This document shows, one piece after another, positions 51,520 to 61,635 of a stretch of 64,000 nucleotides of DNA. Source of the stretch: an uncultured Methylomirabilota bacterium (GTDB taxonomy: Bacteria; Methylomirabilota; Methylomirabilia; Methylomirabilales; 2-02-FULL-66-22); contig CAWJSJ010000003.1 in the NCBI GenBank assembly GCA_963845565.1, forward strand, positions 32,001 through 96,000, in the 5' to 3' direction. Each line of letters starts with the position of its first letter. Position 1 is the stretch's first letter. The translations under genes were made by a program, and so were the position numbers. The notes beneath the pieces were generated by a model. That model was not told the origin of the DNA. It saw only the letters and a program-made list of their open reading frames with translations, and made no database searches.

Positions 51520-52644
51520 CTAACGCCAGAGCGCCGCCACCCGGTCGTGGAGGACGGGCCGGAACTGCCGGATGGCCTCGTTCCCTCGCGTGGGGTGAAC
51601 GCGGTTCGTCAACAGGACCACGATCAATTCCCGGTCCGGATCGATCCACAACGAGGTGCCGGTGAATCCCAGGTGCCCGACCGTCCGGGGACCGAAGCCG
51701 CCGCCGGCCTGCGACGCGTGCGGTGACGGAGTGTCGAAGCCCAGCGCGCGGGTCGAACCCGTCACCGCCGACTTTTGCCAGAACTCCTTCACCAGGTGCG
51801 ACGCGAAGAATCCGCCGGACCCGAGAAACGACGCCAGCCAGGCATCGGCCACACGGGCCACGTCCTGGACGGTGCCGAACAGGCCCGCCTGCCCGCCCAC
51901 CCCGCCCATGGCGTAGGCGTTGTCATCGTGCACCTCGCCGATCAGCGTGCGCCCGCGCCACGGGCAGCGCTCGGTGGCCGCAAACGCTCGCCCCTCCCGC
52001 GCCTGGGCAGCCGTCGCGGGCGCCGTGAGATCCACGAAGAACAGGCTGCCGAGCGAAAGCGGCCGCGCCAACCACTCTTCGAATAGCTCGTCGATGGGTC
52101 GGCCGTTGATACGCTCCAAGATCCAGTCCAGGAGGATGAAGCCCAAGTCGCTGTACAACGCCCGGCTTCCCGGCGACGCCTCGGGGGTTTCGGCCGCCAC
52201 CATCCGGCGCACGGACTCTCGCCCCTGGAGGGTGGCCAGCCCAGCCCCGTCGTCGGTGGACCGCACCGTCTCGTAGTAGGGCCGCCAGGCTGCCAGGCCG
52301 CTGCTGTGATCCAGCAGCATCCGCACCGTGATGCTCTCCCGGCCCTGCCCGAGAAACCCTTCGAGGCGGCGGTGCACCGGCTCGTCAAGGCCGAGGCGAT
52401 CGTGCTGGATCGAGAGCAGGACCATCGGCGTGGTGGCCAAAACCTTGGTCAGCGAGGCCAAGTCGAAGCAGGTGGATGCATCCACCGGGCCGCGGGGCGG
52501 CTGAAGCGAGCGGCGTCCATGGAACGAGAGGTGCGCCGTCTCTCCGCGCGCTCGCACCAGCAGGGCGGCGCCGGGAAACACCCCGTCGGCAATTCCGGCG
52601 TCCATCAACCGCGTGAGTTCGGAATGGGAGTCGGGCTGGCTCAT
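51520..52644 (-). CDS. Serine hydrolase, beta-lactamase-like
   Basis: FDLASLTK (SxxK), YSDLGF, GEVHDDNA, GHLGFTGTS, TNRVHP. Confidence 0.88.
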   Translation of the reverse strand: MSQPDSHSELTRLMDAGIADGVFPGAALLVRARGETAHLSFHGRRSLQPPRGPVDASTCFDLASLTKVLATTPMVLLSIQHDRLGLDEPVHRRLEGFLGQGRESITVRMLLDHSSGLAAWRPYYETVRSTDDGAGLATLQGRESVRRMVAAETPEASPGSRALYSDLGFILLDWILERINGRPIDELFEEWLARPLSLGSLFFVDLTAPATAAQAREGRAFAATERCPWRGRTLIGEVHDDNAYAMGGVGGQAGLFGTVQDVARVADAWLASFLGSGGFFASHLVKEFWQKSAVTGSTRALGFDTPSPHASQAGGGFGPRTVGHLGFTGTSLWIDPDRELIVVLLTNRVHPTRGNEAIRQFRPVLHDRVAALWR

Positions 52645-52648
52645 GCCC

Positions 52649-53563
52649 CTAATGCACCGCGGGTTCGAGGAGGGTCACGGTCCGCGACCCGGCATCCAGA
52701 CGCGCCCGGACCCCGACCGGAAGCGCCAGGTTTCGCCGGCCGTGGCCGAAGGCTGCCCCCGACACGGCGGGGAGCCCGAGGGCGGCGACCGCCCGCTCGA
52801 GCACGCGTCGGGCGGAGTGCCGGCCGGTACCCTCCGGCTTGCAGCCGGTCAGCTCGCCCACCACGATCCCGCGGACGCGCCTCAGCAGTCCGGCCGACAC
52901 GATTTGCCAGAACAGCCGATCCAGTCGATAGGCCTCCTCCCCGACATCCTCGATGCAGAGAACCGCGTCGCGAAAATCCGGAGCAAAGGGCGTCCCCGCC
53001 AAGCTGGCCAAGATGGCGAGATTGCCGGCCGCCAGTCTCCCTTCGACTATTCCCGGGACCAACGTGCGGGTGCGGCCGAGCGGCAGAGCCCGCGGCGCCG
53101 TGCCCTCACAGAGCAGCGCCTTGAGCCAGCGCAGGTCGGTCCCTGGCAACCGCGACAGTTGAATGACGACCGGGCCGTGGATGGTCACGAACCCATCGGG
53201 CCGGGACAACTGCACCAACAGCGCGGTGGCGTCGGAGAAACCGATGACGAGCTTCGGGTGCCGCCGAAGGCGCGGCAGATCGAGGAGCGGAAGGAGCCGG
53301 GCGGTCCCATAACCGCCGCGGATACACCACACCGCCCGGGTGTCTTCCTCCAGCAACGCCGACGTCAACTGCTCGGCGCGCCGCCCGTCGGCCCCGGCCA
53401 GAAAACCGTCGCGCGCAAACGCGTCCCGATCGACCACCGGGACCAGCCCGAGGTTTTCGAGCACCCGTTGTCCGGCCTGGAACAGATCGGGATCGAACGG
53501 GCTCGCCGGCGCGATCAAGCGGACCCGGTCCCCGTGTTTCAGCAGACCTGGCGTCGAAAGCAT
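52649..53563 (-). CDS. ldcA: LD-carboxypeptidase (peptidase S66)
   Basis: RGGYG, GFSDAT, HGP, EDVGE..YRLDR, FGH. Confidence 0.88.
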   Translation of the reverse strand: MLSTPGLLKHGDRVRLIAPASPFDPDLFQAGQRVLENLGLVPVVDRDAFARDGFLAGADGRRAEQLTSALLEEDTRAVWCIRGGYGTARLLPLLDLPRLRRHPKLVIGFSDATALLVQLSRPDGFVTIHGPVVIQLSRLPGTDLRWLKALLCEGTAPRALPLGRTRTLVPGIVEGRLAAGNLAILASLAGTPFAPDFRDAVLCIEDVGEEAYRLDRLFWQIVSAGLLRRVRGIVVGELTGCKPEGTGRHSARRVLERAVAALGLPAVSGAAFGHGRRNLALPVGVRARLDAGSRTVTLLEPAVH

Positions 53564-53675
53564 ACCTCACCCACGAAACGCTCGGGCCAAGGCGCCAGGA
53601 CATCCCGCCCAAATCGAACGGGCAGCCGGCGCGGGATCGCACCCGCACCGGCCGCCGCACCCGGGCGTTGGCACC

Positions 53676-54095
53676 TCAGCGCAGCTCGGCCTCGTCCTTG
53701 AACGAATCCCAGTGCGAGAGCTTCACCTCCCCCATGTCCGCCAGCGCCATGACGATGAAGGTCAGGGCCAGGCAGCCCTCTTCAAGATGGCCGCCGAATC
53801 CGTTCCGTTCGTCCGAGAAGTCGATGTGCGCATGGACGCGACCGTCGATGATCAGGCCCCCGACGGCGACCACATCCAGGGGCTGCTCGCTCTTCGGGTA
53901 ACTCTCGGCCGGCGGCAGGGTGTTGCTCATCACGACGTGAAAGTGCGATTTCCGGACGGAGCCGAATCCCGTCAGGATCACGGCATTCTTGAGGGCATGC
54001 TCCTTGACGGCCTGTCGGAGTCCCAGGAGGATGTCATCTCCTGGATTGATACGGACCATGACGATTCGTTTGATCTCGGTAACCCGAGAGAGCAT
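53676..54095 (-). CDS. PPC/DUF296 domain protein
   Basis: VRINPGDDIL, GFGSV, VHAHI...GGHLEEG. Confidence 0.85.
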   Translation of the reverse strand: MLSRVTEIKRIVMVRINPGDDILLGLRQAVKEHALKNAVILTGFGSVRKSHFHVVMSNTLPPAESYPKSEQPLDVVAVGGLIIDGRVHAHIDFSDERNGFGGHLEEGCLALTFIVMALADMGEVKLSHWDSFKDEAELR

Positions 54096-54397
54096 GGCAG
54101 ACTCCTTTCCCGATTCACTGCGAGGGGACGAGACGTGTGGTGGTGATTCTCCGACAGAATCCCGTATCGCGCAAGCCCTTGTTGTTCTCGAGAGGCCCCT
54201 TTGTCGCGAAAAGGACCAAGCGCGCGCCGGCCGCGCAATCGGAGACGATGGCGTCACCACCGGGTGACCGGCCGCCAGGCGTGGATTGTCCCGTTCACCG
54301 AAGAAAGCACTATCCCCGCACCGGTCCGCTATTGCGTCACGCCCACGTTTCGGTATGCTGAAACATCTCCCGACGATGGAAGGGCTGGAGGCGCGGC

Positions 54398-57300
54398 GTG
54401 GCGGACCCGAAGAGCGCATCGAAGAACGGGCGGGAAACCCGGAAGCACCGGCCGCCTGCACGGGGGCAGTCCGCCGCCGCAACGGGCGGTATGGCACGAC
54501 CACGGCGAGGTGGTGCCGCCGCGGCCCTTCGGGAAAGCGAGGAACGCCTCCGAGTCATCCTCGACAACGTGCAGACCGGCGTCTTCATCATCGATCCCGA
54601 CGCTCACACCATCGTCGATGTGAACCCTGCGGCAGTCACGCTCATCGGCACGCCTCGCGGCGAGTTGCTGGGCACGGTCTGCCATAGGCACATCTGCCCT
54701 GCCGAGGTGGGGCATTGCCCGATCACCGACCTCGGCCAGGCGATCGACAACTCCGAACGAGTCCTCCTGCGGAGCGACGGCACGCGTTGCTCGATTCTCA
54801 AGACCGTTGTCCCGATCCGGTTGAACGGGCGGCCCCACCTGCTCGAGAGTTTTGTGGATATCACAGCCCGCAAGGCAGCGGAGGAGCAGCTTCGCACCAT
54901 CAACGAGCGGTTGGCCCTCGCGACCGACGCCGGCGCCATCGGCGTGTGGGAGTGGGATCTCCGGACCAATCACATGATCGGGGATGGCCGAACGCACGCG
55001 ATTTACGGGGTCGAGGACACGAGTCCGGTCCCCTACGCGCGCTGGGCCGAATTGGTCCACCCCGATGACCTGCCGAAGGTCGAAGCCTCGCTCCGACGGA
55101 CGCTGACGACCAAGCAGAGCGACGCGGTGGACTTCCGCATCAACCGACCGGATGGGACGGTCCGGAACATCCACGCCGCCGAAGGGGTCGTCCTGGACGA
55201 GCACCAGGAGGTCGTTCGGATCGTCGGGGTCAATATCGACATCACGGCCCGGAAGCAGGTCGAGCAGGCCCACGTCGCCCGTACGCGGCAGCTTGAGGCG
55301 CTTGGGGCCACAACGGCTGACCTGATCCGGGAACTCGACCTTGCGCCGCTGCTCCGGCTGCTGATCGCCCGCGCGGCGGAACTGGTCGGCGCCGCGTCCG
55401 CAACCGTCTATCTGTGGGAGCCCGACCGGGGGGTGGTGGTCCCGGCAGCCTGGCATGGTTTAGGGGAATGGCAGGCCGCACTCCAGCATCGGCTGGGACA
55501 TGGCATCGCAGGAACGGTCGCCGAGACCCGACAGCGAGTGGTCGCCAACGACTACCGTAACTCTCGTTACGCCAACCCGGTGACGCTTGCTCGCACGGCA
55601 GTGACGGCCTCGCTCGGCGAACCGCTCCTCTACCGAGAGGAACTGATCGGCGCCATCACTCTGAACCACGAAGGTGGGCGGACCTTCACGGAAGAAGACC
55701 AAGGACTGCTTCGGCTTTTCGCCAATCAGGCGGCCGTTGCCATTGCGAACGCGCGGTTTTTCCGCGAGGAACGCGACGGCCGCGCCCAGCTCGAGGCGGT
55801 CCGCGCCGTCAGCGCTGAGATCACCCAGGAACTTAACCTGGCGCATACCCTGCGTCTCGTCGCCCAGCGCGCCTGCGCGCTGACTCGTTCCGCCGCCGCC
55901 GATATCGGCCTGTGGGACCCCGAGCGTCAGATCCTCGTGTCTGAAGCGTCGTACGGCCATATCGCGCCCCGACCCGCGACCACGCGCCGCCTGGGGGAAG
56001 GCGCCATGGGGAGAGTGGCCGAGACCCGCCGCGGGATGATCATCAACGACTATCGCTCGAGTCCGGTCGCTCACCCCGACACACTCGCCCATACCGCCAT
56101 TACCGCCTCTCTGGTCGAGCCGCTCCTGTATGGGGACACCCTCCTCGGCGTGATCGGCGTTGACCACGAAACCCCCGGGCGGACGTTCACCCCCCAGGAC
56201 CAGGAGATCCTTCGTCTCTTCGCGGTCCAGGCGGCCATCGCGATCGAGAATGCCCGGCTGTACGGCGAGGCCGAGCGTCGCCGGCGGGAAGCGGAGGTTC
56301 TGGCCTCGCTGGCGCAGACGATCACGGCATCTCTCGACCTGGACACCGTCCTTCAGCGCGTGACGGAGGGAGCCAGGAGCCTCTGCGATGGCGATGTGGC
56401 AGCCATCGCGTTGCGGAAGGATGGATCCGACACCCTTACCTTCCGCAACTGGTCGGGGACCGTTACCGCAGGGTACGCGGCCCTGCACATCCGAGCGGGC
56501 CAGGGGCTGGGAGGGAGGGTCCTCGTCGAGGGACGGCCCACCCGGACGGCGGACTACCGGAACGACCCGGACATCAGCCCCGATTTCCACCACGTCGCAG
56601 AGACCGAGGGCCTGCATGCCGAGATCGGCGTTCCCGTGCGGATGGAGGGAACGGTGGGTGGCGTCCTTTTCGTGATGCGCCGGACGACGCGCGCTTTTAC
56701 CGATGCCGACGAGGCGATCCTCACACGCCTGGCCGACCAGGCGGCAGTCGCCATCACGAACGCGCGGTTGTTCCGCGACCAGCAACGCGCCTTCCTGGCC
56801 CTCCAGCAAGCGCAGGACAAGCTGGTCCGCACCGAGAAGCTCCGGGGGCTCGGCCAGATGGCGGCGGGTATCGCCCATGACCTGAACAACATGCTGGCGA
56901 CCATCCTGGGCCAGGCCGAACTGCTCCGCCTCCGCGCGCGCCACCCCGAGGTGAGCGAGGGCTTGCAGACGCTCCAGACCGCGGCGAACGACGGCGCCCA
57001 GGTGGTCCGACGGCTCCAGGACTTTGCCCGGCAACGCAGCGGCGGACCGCTCGACGCCTGCGAGCTGGATCGGTTGGTTCCTGAAGCCCTCGAGATCACG
57101 CGACCTCGCTGGCGGGAAGAGCCGCGGCGACGCGGGATCGTCATCGAGACAGTGGTGGATCTTGCCGGGCTCCCCGCGATCCAGGGCAACCCCGCCGAGA
57201 TCCGGGAGATGCTCACCAATCTCATTTTCAACGCCGTGGACGCGATGCCGAGCGGTGGCACGCTGCGCTTCACCGGCCAAGTAATCAATGCGTCCAGTCG

Positions 57301-57994
57301 TCCATCGGCGCTGGACGATACCGGGACGTCCGAATCCACTCCTCGTCACCTTGACGCATCGGCGGGGTGGGTGGAGTTGGCCGTGTCCGACACCGGCTTG
57401 GGCATGACGACCGACGTCCAGCGGCGCGTCTTCGATCCCTTCTTCACGACCAAGGGCCTGCACGGCACCGGGCTCGGCCTCTCCGTGGTTTACGGCATCA
57501 TGGAGCGGCACGGCGGCCGGATTGACGTCACGTCGGCCCCAGGCCAGGGCGCGACCTTCCGCCTTCGGTTCCGGCCAGCCGACCCGGAGGCCGAGACATC
57601 TTCAGGCCACGCAACGCCGGCCGTGGTGCCGTCCCGGAGGATCTTGCTGGTGGACGATGACCCCGCCGTCCGGCAAACCCTGGCCGCCCTCCTCCGGGCG
57701 AGCGGTCAAGATGTCCTCGAGGCGGACGGCGGGGCGGCGGGCCTTCGCCGGCTTGAATCAGCATCCGTGGACCTCGTGATCACGGACCTCGGCATGCCGG
57801 AGGTCACGGGCTGGGATGTGGCGCGCGCGGCCAAGGCGCGACGCCCGGACCTGCCTGTCGTTCTCCTCACTGGGTGGGGCGATCAGGTGGGGGCAGAGGC
57901 ACCCGCAGACGCCCTCGTGGATCGCGTGTTGACCAAGCCCGTCCCCCGCCAGACGGTGCTGGCCGTGATCGCGGAACTCACCGGACCCCGCTAA
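54398..57994 (+). CDS. Hybrid sensor histidine kinase (2 PAS, 3 GAF, HisKA, HATPase, REC)
   Basis: AGIAHDLNN, NLIFNAVDAM, DTGLGM, FDPFFTTK, GTGLGL, ILLVDDD, TDLGMP. Confidence 0.92.
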   Translation: MADPKSASKNGRETRKHRPPARGQSAAATGGMARPRRGGAAAALRESEERLRVILDNVQTGVFIIDPDAHTIVDVNPAAVTLIGTPRGELLGTVCHRHICPAEVGHCPITDLGQAIDNSERVLLRSDGTRCSILKTVVPIRLNGRPHLLESFVDITARKAAEEQLRTINERLALATDAGAIGVWEWDLRTNHMIGDGRTHAIYGVEDTSPVPYARWAELVHPDDLPKVEASLRRTLTTKQSDAVDFRINRPDGTVRNIHAAEGVVLDEHQEVVRIVGVNIDITARKQVEQAHVARTRQLEALGATTADLIRELDLAPLLRLLIARAAELVGAASATVYLWEPDRGVVVPAAWHGLGEWQAALQHRLGHGIAGTVAETRQRVVANDYRNSRYANPVTLARTAVTASLGEPLLYREELIGAITLNHEGGRTFTEEDQGLLRLFANQAAVAIANARFFREERDGRAQLEAVRAVSAEITQELNLAHTLRLVAQRACALTRSAAADIGLWDPERQILVSEASYGHIAPRPATTRRLGEGAMGRVAETRRGMIINDYRSSPVAHPDTLAHTAITASLVEPLLYGDTLLGVIGVDHETPGRTFTPQDQEILRLFAVQAAIAIENARLYGEAERRRREAEVLASLAQTITASLDLDTVLQRVTEGARSLCDGDVAAIALRKDGSDTLTFRNWSGTVTAGYAALHIRAGQGLGGRVLVEGRPTRTADYRNDPDISPDFHHVAETEGLHAEIGVPVRMEGTVGGVLFVMRRTTRAFTDADEAILTRLADQAAVAITNARLFRDQQRAFLALQQAQDKLVRTEKLRGLGQMAAGIAHDLNNMLATILGQAELLRLRARHPEVSEGLQTLQTAANDGAQVVRRLQDFARQRSGGPLDACELDRLVPEALEITRPRWREEPRRRGIVIETVVDLAGLPAIQGNPAEIREMLTNLIFNAVDAMPSGGTLRFTGQVINASSRPSALDDTGTSESTPRHLDASAGWVELAVSDTGLGMTTDVQRRVFDPFFTTKGLHGTGLGLSVVYGIMERHGGRIDVTSAPGQGATFRLRFRPADPEAETSSGHATPAVVPSRRILLVDDDPAVRQTLAALLRASGQDVLEADGGAAGLRRLESASVDLVITDLGMPEVTGWDVARAAKARRPDLPVVLLTGWGDQVGAEAPADALVDRVLTKPVPRQTVLAVIAELTGPR

Positions 57995-58209
57995 GACCTG
58001 CCAACCCCTCGGCCCGCTCTCGCGTTGACCAGACCATCGGTCCCTACGCACTCATGCTCGTCGGCAGTGATTCCCGCGTTTGTTCGCGGAAATGGTCGCG
58101 ATTTCCACTTGACAGTCGCACCTTGCCGGGGAACGCTAGCACTCACAGAATCGAGTGCAACGAGCGGTCGTATGTGGTGGTCGTGTTTTCGGTATGACGG
58201 ACGATGGAT

Positions 58210-58256
58210 GCCCCGGATTCGCTTCCTGAAGGAGGCGCCGGGGCTCTTGTGTTTTT
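58210..58256 (+). terminator. Intrinsic-terminator-like hairpin within a 5' leader
   Basis: GCCCCGG-att-CGCTTCCT-ga-AGGAGGCG-CCGGGGC followed by TCTTGTGTTTTT. Confidence 0.6.
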
Positions 58257-58281
58257 CAGAGGCCACCGAGAGGAGGCTTGC

Positions 58282-58413
58282 ATGAATATCGGCGAACCCA
58301 TCCGCGAGCTCGAGGTGGAGCCGCTCCTTTATCCCGCCGCCCTTCCCGACGCACCGGCCGAGCCGACCCCGGCGCTGGCCCCGGAGCCCGAGCCCGCTGA
58401 GGTTCCGGAGTGA
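58282..58413 (+). CDS. Small acidic Pro-rich peptide (43 aa)
   Basis: MNIGEPIRELEVEPLLYPAALPDAPAEPTPALAPEPEPAEVPE; GAGGAGG RBS; TGATG coupling to next gene. Confidence 0.7.
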   Translation: MNIGEPIRELEVEPLLYPAALPDAPAEPTPALAPEPEPAEVPE

Positions 58414-58925
58414 TGCCGTCGTTGGTCGTTGGTCCATTGCGGGCGTACCGATGCTGGCACGTAAACTGGGATGGCGACCAGCCGGTGTTGCGGTCGGTGT
58501 ACAACCCGACGATCTGGCCCGCGGACGCTCCGTTACGGGCGACCTGCGTGAAGGGGTCGGGCTCGTTTACGGCCTGGGTCCGCGCCCTGTTCTCGCGCAC
58601 CGCCAAGGCCGCGACGCATCCCGCGCCCGCCTGGGGGTGTCAGTGCGGGGTGTATGGCCTGACCCATCTCCACGGCAATGAACTCGAAGAGGTCCCGCGG
58701 GTGCCGGGGCGTGACCCGGAGCGCGGCGCCGTGGCGCTGGGTGTGGTGCTACTCTGGGGCCGGGTGATCCAACACGCGCATGGGTACCGGGCCGAGTACG
58801 CGCGTCCGCTGAAGATCCTGAAAATCGCCAAGCCACCCCGCGCGCGCGGGGTGGATAGCCTCCTCGACGCCGTGGCACAGCGATACGCGGTCCAGGTCGT
58901 CACGCGCGCGGAGGAACTCGCGTGA
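58413..58925 (+). CDS. Uncharacterised protein with HxAP..CxCGxY motif
   Basis: AYRCW...LRSV...W...ATC...HPAPAWGCQCGVYG...WGRVIQHAHGYRAEYA. Confidence 0.75.
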   Translation: MPSLVVGPLRAYRCWHVNWDGDQPVLRSVYNPTIWPADAPLRATCVKGSGSFTAWVRALFSRTAKAATHPAPAWGCQCGVYGLTHLHGNELEEVPRVPGRDPERGAVALGVVLLWGRVIQHAHGYRAEYARPLKILKIAKPPRARGVDSLLDAVAQRYAVQVVTRAEELA

Positions 58926-59025
58926 TCCTGTCCAAGCGTGACTCGGCAGCCATCGCCGTCGCGGGCCCGGGTGAAACGAGCCCGCCCGATCCCGCGCCGA
59001 CCTTCTTTTCGTCGTCCGCTTCCGC

Positions 59026-59054
59026 TTGACAGGCCTGCGGCCTTCCGATAAAGT
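59026..59054 (+). promoter_or_regulatory. Sigma70-like promoter
   Basis: TTGACA-N17-TAAAGT. Confidence 0.55.
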
Positions 59055-59231
59055 CTTGATCGGAGATATTTTGAATCCTGCTTTGTTGTCGAGCAAGAAG
59101 GCCCTGGAACCAGACCCGCCCGATCAGGGAACCCCTTCCTCCCGCTCGGCCGCAGCCCGCACAACGAACGACGCATCCGATCCGGCACGACACCGGGTTC
59201 GCTGGGCTGATCCTCCATCCGGAGATCGCGA

Positions 59232-61556
59232 ATGGGAAAAGGCACTCACACCCAAGGTGACGGCGCACCGCTGACAATGACGGACGCCGTCCCTGATCCT
59301 CTCGAGGCGACCCCACCCCTCCTGCTCCCGGAGGCACGACGATATACGACCCTCCGGGTGGTGCTCATCAAGCCGTCCAAGTACGACGATGACGGGTACG
59401 TCCTCCGGTTCTGGCGGGGCGTGCTCCCGAGCAACACCTTGAACGTCCTCCACGGACTGACGGTCGACGTTGCCCGGCGGCGGGTGCTCGGGGACATCGA
59501 AATCCGGATCGACACGTTCGACGAGACCGTAGAGAAGGTGCCCGTCCGAAAGATCCTGGGGTGGGCCCGGCAGCCTGCCACCAAGCTGGTGGTGGGGCTC
59601 GTCGGTGTACAGACTAACCAGTTCCCCCGGGCACTGGATCTGGGGCGGGAACTCCGTGCCCATGGGACTGACGTTCTGATGGGTGGCTTCCACACCAGCG
59701 GGACCATCAACATGCTGTCGGAGCAGGAGCCGGACATTCAGGCGCTGTTCCGGGAGGGCATCGTTGTCGTGTCCGGCGAGGTGGAGGGATACTGGGAGGG
59801 CATCTTGGCCGACGCCCTCAACGGCCGTCTGCAGCGCCTCTATTCGTTCGCCCAGGACCTCAAGGATCTAGTGGACATCGAGCAGGCGCCCCTCCCCGTG
59901 GTCAGTTCCACCTCGATGCGCCACTTCGCACGGTCGTCCTTCGGCACGGTCGAAACGTCTCGGGGGTGTCCCTTCACCTGTAGTTTCTGTTCCATCATCA
60001 ACGTCCAGGGTCGCACCATGCGGGAGCGCTCCCCCGAAGCGATCGTCACCCTGGCGCGAGACAACTATCGGCAGCACGGCATCGACTTCTACTTCTTTAC
60101 CGACGACAATTTCGCCCGGAAAAAGTACTGGCGGGAAACGTTCGAGGGGCTCATCCGCCTCCGGAAGGAGGAAGGCATCCGGATCACCTTCATGATGCAG
60201 GTGGACCTGGCCCGCAAGCCCCCGGAGTTTGTGCGCCTGGCGGCGGAGGCGGGCTGCACGCAGGTGTTCATCGGCCTGGAGAGCGTGAACCCGCAAAACC
60301 TCAAGGTGGAGAGCAAGGGGCAGAACAAGGTCGAGGCGTATCGGGACATCCTGCGCGAGTGGCACGACGCGGGGATCGTCGTCCACGCCGCCTATATCAT
60401 CGGACTCCCCTTCGACACACAGGCGCAGGTCGCCCGCGACGTTGAGTACCTCACGGAGGTGATCCAGCCGGACCAAGCCTCCTTCTTCATGCTGACGCCC
60501 TTGCCGGGCTCCCACGATCACCGAGAAATGAAAAAGCGGGGCGATTGGATGGACCCGGACTTCAACAAGCGGGACTCCTTTCACGCCACCATTCGGCATC
60601 CCCACATGACCGCGGAGGCGTGGACCCAGGCCTACCGCGACGCGTGGCACACCTTCTACAGCAAGAACAATCTCATAAAGATCCTTGCCCGCTGGAGCCA
60701 TCATCCCGCCGCTTACTGGAACCTCCTTTTCCTGTACCTCTGGTACAAGAACGCGGCGCTGATCGAGCGCGAGCATCCCATGATCGCCGGTTTCTTCCGG
60801 CTGAAGGACCGGCGCACGCGACAGCCTGGGTTCGCCGTCGATGCTTGGCCGGTGCACGTGTGGAAGCGCACCAAGGACGTGCTCCGCCTGATCCGCTCCT
60901 GGGCTGGCCTCCTCAAGGAAATGGAGGAGATCTGGCTCGCGACCCGCCCGCGCAGCGACCGCGAGAAGCAGGTCGTCCGGGAGATCGAGCGACTCCAAGG
61001 CGAGATTTGGCAGGCCCTGAAGATCCCCGAGTGGCAGCAAGCGTATACCGAGGCACGGGTCGCGCTTCCCGCCAAGGTGCGGGCGCTGCTGGATCCGGTC
61101 GAAGAGCTCACCGCCACGATCATGCGCACCCCCAAGGACCTGGACGCGTTCCTCGCGCGATGGGGACGCGTGCAGACCCGGACGCAAGAGATGTTCCGCC
61201 GCGTGGCGGGAGACCAGGGGTCGGTGAAGCGCTGGCTGGATCTGCTCACCCATCTTCCCCAGGAGACGTGGCAGACGCCACAAGTGCAGGAATGGCGAAA
61301 CGCATACGCGAGTGTCCGCGACGGCCTCCCCTCGCGACTCCACCTGTTATACGGACGGTTCGATGTGTTGAGCGCCCGCGTGGTGTACTCTCGTCAGGAG
61401 CTCCGGCGGGTCTGGAGCCGGACGGGGGAGCATCTCCGGCAGGGGCGGTTCTGGAACATCCGGCCGCTGCGACTGGCGGTCGCCGGCGTCAAAGAAATCC
61501 TCCTGACGACCTCCTTTACCCTGCAGATTCTCTCGTCGTTTTCCCCCGAACGCTAA
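59232..61556 (+). CDS. B12-binding-domain radical SAM protein with long C-terminal extension
   Basis: MGGFH, ETSRGCPFTCSFC (CxxxCxxC), FFTDDNF, FIGLES, LTPLPGS. Confidence 0.88.
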   Translation: MGKGTHTQGDGAPLTMTDAVPDPLEATPPLLLPEARRYTTLRVVLIKPSKYDDDGYVLRFWRGVLPSNTLNVLHGLTVDVARRRVLGDIEIRIDTFDETVEKVPVRKILGWARQPATKLVVGLVGVQTNQFPRALDLGRELRAHGTDVLMGGFHTSGTINMLSEQEPDIQALFREGIVVVSGEVEGYWEGILADALNGRLQRLYSFAQDLKDLVDIEQAPLPVVSSTSMRHFARSSFGTVETSRGCPFTCSFCSIINVQGRTMRERSPEAIVTLARDNYRQHGIDFYFFTDDNFARKKYWRETFEGLIRLRKEEGIRITFMMQVDLARKPPEFVRLAAEAGCTQVFIGLESVNPQNLKVESKGQNKVEAYRDILREWHDAGIVVHAAYIIGLPFDTQAQVARDVEYLTEVIQPDQASFFMLTPLPGSHDHREMKKRGDWMDPDFNKRDSFHATIRHPHMTAEAWTQAYRDAWHTFYSKNNLIKILARWSHHPAAYWNLLFLYLWYKNAALIEREHPMIAGFFRLKDRRTRQPGFAVDAWPVHVWKRTKDVLRLIRSWAGLLKEMEEIWLATRPRSDREKQVVREIERLQGEIWQALKIPEWQQAYTEARVALPAKVRALLDPVEELTATIMRTPKDLDAFLARWGRVQTRTQEMFRRVAGDQGSVKRWLDLLTHLPQETWQTPQVQEWRNAYASVRDGLPSRLHLLYGRFDVLSARVVYSRQELRRVWSRTGEHLRQGRFWNIRPLRLAVAGVKEILLTTSFTLQILSSFSPER

Positions 61557-61635
61557 CGAAATGACCGGAGCCCCTGGGGCGTGCAAACCGCCCGGGGGCC
61601 ATCCGTACGTCAAAGGCTCAGGCACCGGCAAGCCC

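Noticed and set aside
58282..58413. Peptide as Pup/UBact
   Set aside because: Lacks the C-terminal GGE/GGQ motif and no ligase gene is adjacent
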